Assembly (NCBI GenBank): GCA_963693115.1
Contig: OY843750.1
Coordinates: forward strand, 374,951 to 438,950
Source: Spirochaetia bacterium
Lineage (GTDB): Bacteria; Spirochaetota; Spirochaetia; WTKD01; G963693115
Length of the DNA stretch: 64,000 nt
Direction: 5' to 3'
Of the stretch, positions 27,804-38,212 are shown piece after piece. Numbering within the stretch: position 1 is the first letter of the stretch; every line of letters starts with the position of its first letter. A model generated the notes under the pieces. It saw only the letters and a program-made list of their open reading frames with translations, searched no databases and was not told the origin of the DNA. A program made the translations under genes and the position numbers.

Positions 27804-28145
27804 TTACTCAGTGAATCTATTGTGGAATAAGGTACAAATTTTTTCGACAATCTCGGCTGCATTGCTTCCTTCGGCCTGTAGGAGGAGTTCGGTCCCTTGA
27901 CCCGCACCCAAGGTCATTACGCCCATAATAGACTTTGCGTTAACCATATTGCCCTCTGTACCAATATATATTTTTCCCTCTACCAGGCTCGCAAGTTTCA
28001 CTATCATTGACGATGGTCGAGAATGAAGTCCTGCCTTGTTTTTTACTATTACTTTTTTTTCGACTTGATTGGGATCCTGACTAAAAGTCTGATTAGAATC
28101 TTTGTTGAGGGAAGCATCAAGCGCAGGGGTAAGGGTATCTTTCAT
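27804..28145 (-). CDS. ptsH: HPr phosphocarrier with about 25-aa N-terminal extension
   Basis: GLHSRPS (catalytic His), VNAKSIMGV (regulatory Ser); follows hprK. Confidence 0.93.
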   Translation of the reverse strand: MKDTLTPALDASLNKDSNQTFSQDPNQVEKKVIVKNKAGLHSRPSSMIVKLASLVEGKIYIGTEGNMVNAKSIMGVMTLGAGQGTELLLQAEGSNAAEIVEKICTLFHNRFTE

Positions 28146-28229
28146 ATGTAGTATATTATGCCACTAAAACTATGATGCCAAAACTATGGTATTGGGCACG
28201 CGACACTGGAAACATAGTAATAAAATTAG

Positions 28230-29171
28230 TCACCATAAATAGGGATCCTCTCTTCCATGATAGCCCATCTGTTGGAGCCTAAATTTCATAGCGGCTGTCT
28301 CAATTATAATTGGTACATTTCTCCCTGCTTTGACAGGAATTTTTACCATATCTATAGGAACTCCCATGATCTCTGTTTTTTCATTGTTACCTAGCCTGTC
28401 CATAGTACGCGCTGTGTCTTCTTCCCAATTAAAGAGATCAACAACAAGCTGTATTTTTTTTTGTTCTAAGGTTGCTCCTATTCCAAAAATTTGTGCAATG
28501 TTAATGATACCAAGTCCTCGTATCTCCAAAAAAAACTTGTATTGCTTACTATCAATACTTGTACCTAATATAGTCTGACTATTAATTTTTTTGAGTACCA
28601 CCACATCGTCTGCAATTAGACGATGATGCCCCCGTTGAAGCAACTCAAGCGCAACTTCGCTCTTACCTACTCCGCTTGATCCCGAAATAAGAATACCGAT
28701 ATTGTATACTTCCATAAATACACCGTGATGTACCTCTGTTTCTGCAAACAGTGTATAAAGCAAGCGATAGAGATTGGTATTGAGTTCATAGGTCGTGAGC
28801 GCGGAAAGAAACAGGGGACATCCATTTTCTTCGCATAATCGAATAAAATCTTTGGGTATCTCTGATTCAGGATGTAAAGAAATCACGCAACACGCAATGG
28901 GATACGAGAGATATTCATTGAGCACAGAAACTAGCTTGCGTTCTCTCTCAAGTTTGAGTAGAAATGCCATTTCTCCCTTACCAAAGACCTGTATTCTGTC
29001 TTTTCCAAAGTCGTCATAATAACCATTGAGCGCCAAACCGGGACGATTAATTACATTAGTTATACGCCGAGTAAATCCTTTCATGCCTGCAATGCAGTGG
29101 ATCTTAAGGTCTATACCCAACTTATTTGCATTGAGAGGGAGATCAAGTACACAAAAATCAGAAGAACTCAT
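28230..29171 (-). CDS. hprK: HPr kinase/phosphorylase
   Basis: INRPGLAL, HGVFMEV..GILISGSSGVGKSE, RLIADD, LEIRGLGII, PVKAGRN. Confidence 0.97.
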   Translation of the reverse strand: MSSSDFCVLDLPLNANKLGIDLKIHCIAGMKGFTRRITNVINRPGLALNGYYDDFGKDRIQVFGKGEMAFLLKLERERKLVSVLNEYLSYPIACCVISLHPESEIPKDFIRLCEENGCPLFLSALTTYELNTNLYRLLYTLFAETEVHHGVFMEVYNIGILISGSSGVGKSEVALELLQRGHHRLIADDVVVLKKINSQTILGTSIDSKQYKFFLEIRGLGIINIAQIFGIGATLEQKKIQLVVDLFNWEEDTARTMDRLGNNEKTEIMGVPIDMVKIPVKAGRNVPIIIETAAMKFRLQQMGYHGREDPYLW

Positions 29172-30517
29172 ATCACTGTTTGTTTTCGATATTTGCTCAC
29201 CGTTCTTCGAGCAATGGCGATACCCTCATGCTTTAGATATTCGGCTATTTCTCTATCGGACATACTCATTCCCTCACTTTCTGCCTCTGCGAGTAATAGT
29301 TTAATTTTTTCCATGACCATTTCTTTGGCTACCTGGTTGCTTCCTACTCCTCGAGAAAATAAGAGCGATAAAGGAATAATGCGATTAGGAAGTTGTATGT
29401 ATTTTGCATTCTTTGCACGAGATACCGTAGCTTCGCTAAGTTCCAAAATTTTCGCCACTTCTTTCTGCGTAAGTGGCAAGGGAAACTGTGTGGCTCCTAA
29501 GATAAATTGTTTTTGACGACTTACCACAAATAGGAGTATTTTTTCCAGCAGTTTTGACCGATATTGCAACCCTTCTATGAACATTTCCACCTGACTCCTC
29601 CACTCACGTTCCATTCGCACACCTTCACTACTATGTGGTGCATCTTTAGGAAGCAAGGACGTACCGAGTTCAACAATGGGAATAAGATCTGTGTTAATTT
29701 TAACACTAAGCCCCTCGGGTTGGGTAGAATCTACTATTACTTCGGCATCTGGGTATATGTATTCGGATATATTGTTATATGAAGTGTTATATCCTAGACC
29801 TGGATAAGGATTGAGCAAGGAAAAGTACTCAGTCATCCCTCTCTCATGCAAAATATGCTTAAATTGTTCTTCTGCCTCTTCTATATTGCTCTTCTTTAAA
29901 ATGAGGTCCCCGAATTGAGTAATACACTCGTTTAGCGTCTTTCTTTCAGATTTCTCCATCTCTATAAAACGAGATTGTACATGGAGCGAGTCTACTACAT
30001 TACGAGTGGCACATCCCATGGGCTCAAGTTCTTGTAGGCGTGGCATCAGGGTATGTAATATCTTTTCTAAGGTTGCTTGCGTATAAGAAGAAAATTGAGG
30101 ACTCGACTGTACAATGAGAATAGGATCTTCGATAAAGAATCCATTAGCATCAAGGTCTGATAACAAGAGAATACCTAGCTCGGTTTCTCGTTCATCGAAA
30201 GATCCAAGATGTAATTGAAAAATCAAATGCTCAGATAATGTTTCAGGTCTACTGAGCACTTGTTGTAAAGCCTCGTGCTTTTTGTTACTATCATATCCCT
30301 CAGAAGCGCGGGCAGATATGGTATCTAGACTGTCTTGGTTTGGTTCCGAATTTATTTCAAATAATGGGTTTTCTTCACTTTCCTTAAAGATAAGGGAGCG
30401 CAACTCGTTGATGGGGACCGAAAGCAACTGGAAATTTTTTCGTAGCTGAAACGACATTAACTGTACATTTTGCATCCGTTGAGTCTGGGTCATACGCTGA
30501 CCTAGTCCGATAACCAT
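29168..30517 (-). CDS. rpoN: RNA polymerase sigma-54 factor
   Basis: Gln-rich region I, PLTQKEVA...SEATVSRA HTH, RpoN box ARRTVSKYR; ATG 30517. Confidence 0.95.
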   Translation of the reverse strand: MVIGLGQRMTQTQRMQNVQLMSFQLRKNFQLLSVPINELRSLIFKESEENPLFEINSEPNQDSLDTISARASEGYDSNKKHEALQQVLSRPETLSEHLIFQLHLGSFDERETELGILLLSDLDANGFFIEDPILIVQSSPQFSSYTQATLEKILHTLMPRLQELEPMGCATRNVVDSLHVQSRFIEMEKSERKTLNECITQFGDLILKKSNIEEAEEQFKHILHERGMTEYFSLLNPYPGLGYNTSYNNISEYIYPDAEVIVDSTQPEGLSVKINTDLIPIVELGTSLLPKDAPHSSEGVRMEREWRSQVEMFIEGLQYRSKLLEKILLFVVSRQKQFILGATQFPLPLTQKEVAKILELSEATVSRAKNAKYIQLPNRIIPLSLLFSRGVGSNQVAKEMVMEKIKLLLAEAESEGMSMSDREIAEYLKHEGIAIARRTVSKYRKQTVI

Positions 30518-30643
30518 AACTGTACCTAGTGTAGCACAAGTTACATAAAGTTCTTGCACAGGCGATTGGGATTACAGGTAATACGTGCAAGAGCCTAAAA
30601 AACAAACAAAAAAATCAGAGAACAAAAACGTGTAGATGCCGTA

Positions 30644-32073
<1,430 letters not shown>

Positions 32074-32614
32074 TTGGCTTATTTGCTTATTTCAATCATT
32101 TCGCCTAACACAGTTCAATGCCGATAAGCAAAACGATGATACAAGATAACGTAGGATAGTACACCTTATCGTAAATTTAGTATATCATACCCGTATTTTA
32201 TTATCAACGACTACGGTGGCATGCCTAGGGGTATCTCTATAAAAAAATATGGTTTCGATAAAGCGATCTCCTTGACTGTCTTTAGTATGTATAATCTTGA
32301 TAGGTGCTTTAGTTTTTTCTTCTTTAAACATCCCAGCTGTGTTCTATACTTTTACTCTGTGTATGTATTTTATATCTGTGATCGCTTTTGCTAGTAAGCA
32401 TAGTAATCTTATTAAAACATGCTCTGCCATTTGGCATGCAAATAATACTCGCTATATTAGACATCAGATTATATAGTAGTACAAGGTATCCATGCTACTA
32501 CCTAATTTTAATTTACCTAATTCTAATTTAAATTGCGGATACACTACAAGTAGAAAACAGGCAATATTTTCTAAAGCGACGGTGTCTTACAATAAGTAGC
32601 GTCTATACACGACA

Positions 32615-32733
32615 AATAGATACCTTGTTTGATCATGAATTTACATTCATTGGGTGATATACGTTGTTGGAATGTTTCAACCGTTGACAATATGTCTTAT
32701 ATGTTTTTCGGAGCAGATGTTTTTAATCAAGAC
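32615..32733 (+). pseudogene. Eroded DUF285/BspA repeat fragment
   Basis: IDTLFDHEFTFIG / (extra G) DIRCWNVSTVDNMSYMFFGADVFNQD resembles 'FNGDIRCWDVSKV' of 45649-46374; no intact signal peptide or C-cap. Confidence 0.7.
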
Positions 32734-32842
32734 AACAGAACATCAACTCGATCCAATATACATGAGCAAGAAGGCAAAATCATAAGCTCGCGCTCTGAGT
32801 ATTGTTTATTTTTTTATAGAAAAGCACTGTTTGTATAGCAAG

Positions 32843-33964
32843 CTATCCGTAGATATCTTCAGCTTTACGTTTTTCGGTCTCAGTAGTTTTAATAGTTTTA
32901 GAAACGGTGTATGTGTGTGGTGTTTTTGGAGCCGTATCTTGTAGTGTTGCCTGTAGTGCATTTTGGCAGAGTTCTATAAAAGACAAGGATAATCGTGTTT
33001 GTTGTACAGTGTCAATTTTGTTTGGTGGCAATGTTCTTAACAGTTGCATCTCTTCTTCTAACAAGGCTCTATTTGACGTACTTAGTCCTTCGGTAATAAA
33101 GTCGGCTGCTTGTTGTTCTTCATTGAGCAGTATCAAGGCAAGGTCTCTCATGCTATATGGTTTGAGCAGTGCCTCGCGTTCACGAACGGGAATCGTGTGT
33201 AGTTCTTTCCACGAAAATGCATCTTTTTGGATTTGTCGTTTGATTTCATCATCATCAAGATACGCTAGCATTGTCGTGCGCATTGACGGAGACAGATGAG
33301 AAAGAATATGTGTGAGTGTTTTTGTTCCTGATGCCTCTGGTTGTTCTTGCCTTGGCTGTGTAGCTGCAATCTGTATGAGTCTTTGATTAAGCATTGCCTT
33401 GACACTCTCTAGTATTTCTGGATTGGGTGCCTGCATGTGTATTATCGCCTTGACTATATCTCGACGTCGCTCTGGTGAACACAATGCAAGTAATGCCCCG
33501 CTTTGATGAGAATCAAGGCAGAGAAACAACAAGGCAAGTAGTTGCTCTGATTCGTGTTGTGTTGCTTGGTATATCTGTGTCGCTGTATACGAGCGCAAAA
33601 AATCAAATTTTTGTGAAAAAAGTGCTCGTACAATTTTATGGGTCTGCGCTTCTCCTTTCTTCTTGCCAAATGCAAGAGTATAGAGATCTTTTACCCACAG
33701 TAATGCCTGTTGTGGTTGTTCGACTTGTCGATACAATATCTGTGCCTCAGCATTATCGGAGGTATTTTGTTTCGGGGAATGGGCGCTCTGTGTATGGTAG
33801 TGTTGTTCGTAGTATTGATAGAGATGCACACCCAGCGAGCAAAGGCGATGCTGAGGAATATCTTTCAAGACTTCGGCTGCCTTGCGTGGAGGAAGACAAA
33901 AGAGAAGTTCTACGCTTTTCTGCATACCATCTCCTGTGGTATGCACATTTGTAAGGTCCACCAC
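32843..33964 (-). CDS. fliG: Divergent flagellar motor switch FliG paralog
   Basis: ESEQLLALL..LD..QSGALL..., 'SGTKTLTHIL', 'FSWKEL', 'ITEGLSTSNRALLEEEM' correspond to FliG middle and C-terminal motifs. Confidence 0.75.
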   Translation of the reverse strand: MVDLTNVHTTGDGMQKSVELLFCLPPRKAAEVLKDIPQHRLCSLGVHLYQYYEQHYHTQSAHSPKQNTSDNAEAQILYRQVEQPQQALLWVKDLYTLAFGKKKGEAQTHKIVRALFSQKFDFLRSYTATQIYQATQHESEQLLALLFLCLDSHQSGALLALCSPERRRDIVKAIIHMQAPNPEILESVKAMLNQRLIQIAATQPRQEQPEASGTKTLTHILSHLSPSMRTTMLAYLDDDEIKRQIQKDAFSWKELHTIPVREREALLKPYSMRDLALILLNEEQQAADFITEGLSTSNRALLEEEMQLLRTLPPNKIDTVQQTRLSLSFIELCQNALQATLQDTAPKTPHTYTVSKTIKTTETEKRKAEDIYG

Positions 33965-34040
33965 CTACTAGTATACATCATGTCACTATAGCACTACAAC
34001 AATGTATGATGTTATGATGCCTTTATAGCATCATAATAAT

Positions 34041-35783
34041 TTATGATGTACCAACAATCTCGCAAAGGTGCTTATCGGTATGGTGCTGAATGTCATCCCA
34101 ATATTGTTTGAGATGTGTCTGTAAGGTGTTCATTATAGACTTATAATGAACATCGTACCTACATATTTCACTAAAAGCAATATGCATCACTTGCCTATCA
34201 CATGCTTGTTCTAATACCGATCCTAGATGCTCGTCATCAATTTTTGTGAGATCTGTTTTTTTGCTGATATCGGGATTGACTCGCTCATGCTCCTTTACAT
34301 CATTGTAGGCCTGATACGATAGTTCGTGTAAGGATCGAAAGAGACTAGGATTTACATGGGCGATGACCTTAAGTGCAACAAGCCAATGTGTTCCTGACGT
34401 CTTGATATGCATGCTGCCTTCTAGTACACGAGTAAGAATAGACAATAATGAAAATTTGTCACTCCCTGTATGAATCGCAAGTTTATACCCAAAATGCACT
34501 GCTATTGCATGATGCTCTACAAGTTCACGCTCAAACTGTTCTACATCACCTATGTAATCTATACCTTTTTGAAATTCACCACAAAAACATGGTGCAAACG
34601 CATTGTGTCTTATTTTCATTTTCTGTAATTCTTTTGCAATAAGATAGTGCGTTGCGGGAGTAAGTGGACGTGTTGATCCGTGTGCCGTTATTTCAAAATC
34701 TATCTCCGTATCGTGTAGTTGTTCGTATTCGCGTACGGTTTCGTGCATTTCGTATGCACATTTAAGTGCCTTATCAAATACAAGTGCAAAATGTAGTAGA
34801 TTTCGTTTGGTGTATGATAATTCGACGATGGTATTTTGAGTGGCATCGTTTGCATTTGACTCTGTACGTTGTTCAAGATCCGATGTTTGCTCAAAGTCGA
34901 TACCCTGTTCTCCATCCTTTGGGTTAAGAACAATCCGATGTGTGGTACCAAGATAGGTACGTTCAAGATAGCGTACGTACCCTGAGTTGAGGTTGTTATA
35001 GGCCCGTGCGAGCGTAGCATCACTCCAGTGTACATACTCGTTTTGTATCTTTGCCGATATATCGGCTGTTATCAGCGTACATCCCTGTGTCAGTGCCTTG
35101 TATACTTCGGCACTTGTTTTAAGGTTATGTCCATCGGCTCCCCAGGGATATCTAAAATCACTAGCAAATACGTCCCAACTTGCCTCATCAATGATATCAT
35201 TGTAGCTTCGTTCCGTACTTGCTAGTTCATATCTTGATTGTTGTACCAGAACTGGGTAGATGGTATGACCTTTTTTATGATATTCAGAAAGCAAGGTAAG
35301 TTGCCCATAGCTTGCTAAAGAAAGTCTATCACCCAGCCCAATGGACAGAGGTGTCTCTGACAGTCCTACACTGGGAGCCGTATGAGGAAATTGAATCCGC
35401 AGATATTCTGCATTGTGCTTGCTTGGTCTACACGCCTGAATGCAGGTAGATCCTTTCTTAAACCATTGCCCTTCGAAACCAAAAAGAACCATAGTCTCTT
35501 GTGAGTCACCAATTATCAGCAAAAATCTATCCCTTAAATGCTCCAATGCAATAAGCATAAAAAGGCACTGCTGATGAATCTGTATTGAATGAGGATACAG
35601 TTTGAGCCCAGCGCCAGTGAGCACATATGCAACTTGCATGAGATCGGATACCTCATGTGGCGAAAGTTCGCAGTGCAAAGACTCGCGTATAGCGCTTGAT
35701 GCAATATCAATCCATTCTGGAATATTTTTTACTTCAGCCGAACGTGGTTCAATTATTTCATTGTCCATGCTATGGTATATCAT
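34041..35783 (-). CDS. Tagaturonate epimerase UxaE-family protein with altered motifs
   Basis: SIGLGDR, QQS, WGAD, FQKGIDY, HTGSDKFS, HIKTSGT. Confidence 0.85.
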   Translation of the reverse strand: MIYHSMDNEIIEPRSAEVKNIPEWIDIASSAIRESLHCELSPHEVSDLMQVAYVLTGAGLKLYPHSIQIHQQCLFMLIALEHLRDRFLLIIGDSQETMVLFGFEGQWFKKGSTCIQACRPSKHNAEYLRIQFPHTAPSVGLSETPLSIGLGDRLSLASYGQLTLLSEYHKKGHTIYPVLVQQSRYELASTERSYNDIIDEASWDVFASDFRYPWGADGHNLKTSAEVYKALTQGCTLITADISAKIQNEYVHWSDATLARAYNNLNSGYVRYLERTYLGTTHRIVLNPKDGEQGIDFEQTSDLEQRTESNANDATQNTIVELSYTKRNLLHFALVFDKALKCAYEMHETVREYEQLHDTEIDFEITAHGSTRPLTPATHYLIAKELQKMKIRHNAFAPCFCGEFQKGIDYIGDVEQFERELVEHHAIAVHFGYKLAIHTGSDKFSLLSILTRVLEGSMHIKTSGTHWLVALKVIAHVNPSLFRSLHELSYQAYNDVKEHERVNPDISKKTDLTKIDDEHLGSVLEQACDRQVMHIAFSEICRYDVHYKSIMNTLQTHLKQYWDDIQHHTDKHLCEIVGTS

Positions 35784-36007
35784 GAGTCATCTTGTCACTT
35801 CTTGCAAGGGGACAATAGCATTTCATTCTGCATATGTGAGAGAAATAAATTTATTTAGTATTTTTTATAAATATACTATACAAAAAAACATGTGTAAAAT
35901 ATCAAAATTATCACTTACTATTAGTCACGTACTTACAATGGAATAAATGCCCAACTATACTATACTCATATAAAGGGAGCAATAGTAGAGACACTACACC
36001 GTATGAC

Positions 36008-36442
36008 ATGTTACCCGCTTCTATAGAAAAAAGCAAAGAAACCACAAAAAATACTACAGAGAAAGAAAAAGAATTTGAACTGCTCATACAGAAGTATGAC
36101 AGTACAATACAAACACTTGCACGTGCGACGCGTGATACCATATATCACTTAAATCCTACAGCAGTAGAGGTAATATGGTTTAAACTAAGAGTTGCAGGAT
36201 ACGGGGTAGGAATACGACGTAATAGCGAACACTACCACTGGATTATGCCTGCAAAAAAACACCTTACCCTTGGGTTTAATTATGGATCAGAACTTCCTGA
36301 TCCCACACACCTTCTTGTAGGAACAGGAAAGCTATTAAGACACGTAAAATTAACCGCTATATCCGATTTACAAAACCCTGCTTTACAAACGCTCATGACT
36401 ATTGCCAAAACGTATAAAATGCATTTCAAGCCGAAAACATAG
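36008..36442 (+). CDS. DUF1801 domain protein
   Basis: IMPAKKHLTLGFNYGSELPDPTHLLVGTGKLLRHVK. Confidence 0.85.
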   Translation: MLPASIEKSKETTKNTTEKEKEFELLIQKYDSTIQTLARATRDTIYHLNPTAVEVIWFKLRVAGYGVGIRRNSEHYHWIMPAKKHLTLGFNYGSELPDPTHLLVGTGKLLRHVKLTAISDLQNPALQTLMTIAKTYKMHFKPKT

Positions 36443-36527
36443 ATTACATGAAAAACATCCTCCTTCTCTTTTTTATCAATCATGGTGTACGGTACTTACG
36501 GGTAAAACACCACTATAATAGAAAAAA

Positions 36528-37142
36528 ATGAATATTGTTACGTGCCTTGATCTTGAAGGCGTATTACTACCAGAAATTTGGCATATGTGTGCCACCTACA
36601 CAGGAATCAAAGACCTCAATCTAAGTACTCGAGATATTGCTGACTATGATCAACTCATGACCTTACGTATAGCTACGCTTAGAAAACATAATATTACCTA
36701 TGCTACTGTACGTGACTTGATTGTTCGACACATAAGCCCTTTAGTGGGTGCACTTGATTTTCTCTCGTGGCTTTCATCTAGGTATAATCCAGTTATCGTG
36801 ACAGACTCATTCACGCAATTTCTTGAACCCTTGCGAGCACGATTACATAATCCTTTTATACTTTGTAATAGCCTTGATATAGATGCGCAAGGCTATATCG
36901 TCGCTCACCGTATGCGTATTGCAAAAGACGGGAAAAAAAATACAGTACAAGCATTTCAGTCTATTGGGTGTAAAGTTATCGCAATAGGTGATTCGTATAA
37001 TGACATTGATATGATAAAGACAGCAGAGTTGGGCGTCTTGTTTCGTGCACCAGAAACCATACAAACTGCGCATCCCGACATACCTACCTGTACCGAGTAT
37101 ACACAACTGCAAGCCATATTACAAAATTTCACAAAACTGTGA
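36528..37142 (+). CDS. thrH: Phosphoserine phosphatase / homoserine phosphotransferase ThrH
   Basis: CLDLEGVLLPEIW, TRDIADYDQLM, GDSYND. Confidence 0.95.
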   Translation: MNIVTCLDLEGVLLPEIWHMCATYTGIKDLNLSTRDIADYDQLMTLRIATLRKHNITYATVRDLIVRHISPLVGALDFLSWLSSRYNPVIVTDSFTQFLEPLRARLHNPFILCNSLDIDAQGYIVAHRMRIAKDGKKNTVQAFQSIGCKVIAIGDSYNDIDMIKTAELGVLFRAPETIQTAHPDIPTCTEYTQLQAILQNFTKL

Positions 37143-38078
37143 GTTCATAGCCCTTATAGTACTAAGCGCAGACTTGTAACTCGCAAAACGCGTAAAATCA
37201 AAAAGTGATATTTCTTTTTTATTATTCTTTACATTCATACATCGACAGAGCGGATTTTTAACGAGGTGCACTATCTCTGCCGAGCTATACCCATGATTGC
37301 TCAAAAAACGCCCAAAACTCGTGTCAACGAGTGCTATCTGCTCCTGGTTATGGGTAATCATAAAAGCACCAGCGTCGCTTATTTCTTCTAGTGGTCCGTG
37401 CGAATAATGAAAAAGACGAGCCAGTGGTGCGGTCTGAGTTTCTCCTATGCTTTGCAGATAATCACGGTCTTGTCTAAGGCTATAGTAGACCTGCGTGAGG
37501 TACTTGGTAAATTGTTTGTATGGTTGGCAGGTCCTAAAACACATGACGGCTATATTTGTCTTGGCACCATACATGTAAAGAAGATGGGGTATATCATAGT
37601 TAAGCACAAAAATGGGTTCGCCCCTTGATCCTTGTATTTTTTTTATTGTTTGCCCTAATATTTTACAGACCGCATCCCTCGGCACCCACGTATTAAACAA
37701 TTCTTTTTTACTCATGTCCAACATATCTAATGCTTCAAAAGAGCTGACAAGACGCGCCGAATCAAAGGGAGTATTAAAATGGTTTTCAAATGCAATACGC
37801 ATAAAAGGGGTAAAAGCAGGTTTTCCCTTACGGGTAAAATATATGCGATTACTATAATAATGCGAAATAAGCTTGTGACTGGTAATAAATTCTCCCGGTA
37901 AATTTGCTAAATACACAAGGGTAAAGTCTTTTTTATATCCCGGCATACTGCGTAGATGCGAAAAAATCTTGCTCTCAGCATAGTAGCCATTTGTCGAAGG
38001 TCGCATCATCACAAAGATATCAAATTCTCCCTTGTTTCCGGGACCCTGATACGGGATCAGTATACTTGGCTGGGACAT
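37119..38078 (-). CDS. Conserved hypothetical protein
   Basis: Long ORF with globular composition; no family recognised; ATG 38078. Confidence 0.7.
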   Translation of the reverse strand: MSQPSILIPYQGPGNKGEFDIFVMMRPSTNGYYAESKIFSHLRSMPGYKKDFTLVYLANLPGEFITSHKLISHYYSNRIYFTRKGKPAFTPFMRIAFENHFNTPFDSARLVSSFEALDMLDMSKKELFNTWVPRDAVCKILGQTIKKIQGSRGEPIFVLNYDIPHLLYMYGAKTNIAVMCFRTCQPYKQFTKYLTQVYYSLRQDRDYLQSIGETQTAPLARLFHYSHGPLEEISDAGAFMITHNQEQIALVDTSFGRFLSNHGYSSAEIVHLVKNPLCRCMNVKNNKKEISLFDFTRFASYKSALSTIRAMNSQFCEIL

Positions 38079-38212
38079 GGTAGAGTACACCTAGACTTTA
38101 TTCGAAAACATCGTATGCTACACACTGTGTGATACTTCTGTAGACTATACCTCATAAACATTGGTTTTACTGTAGGTGCGATCAATTGCTTAGCCATTAC
38201 TAGTATGGTCAT

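Noticed and set aside
32272-32295. TTGACT...TATAAT promoter
   Set aside because: Spacer is only 12 nt.
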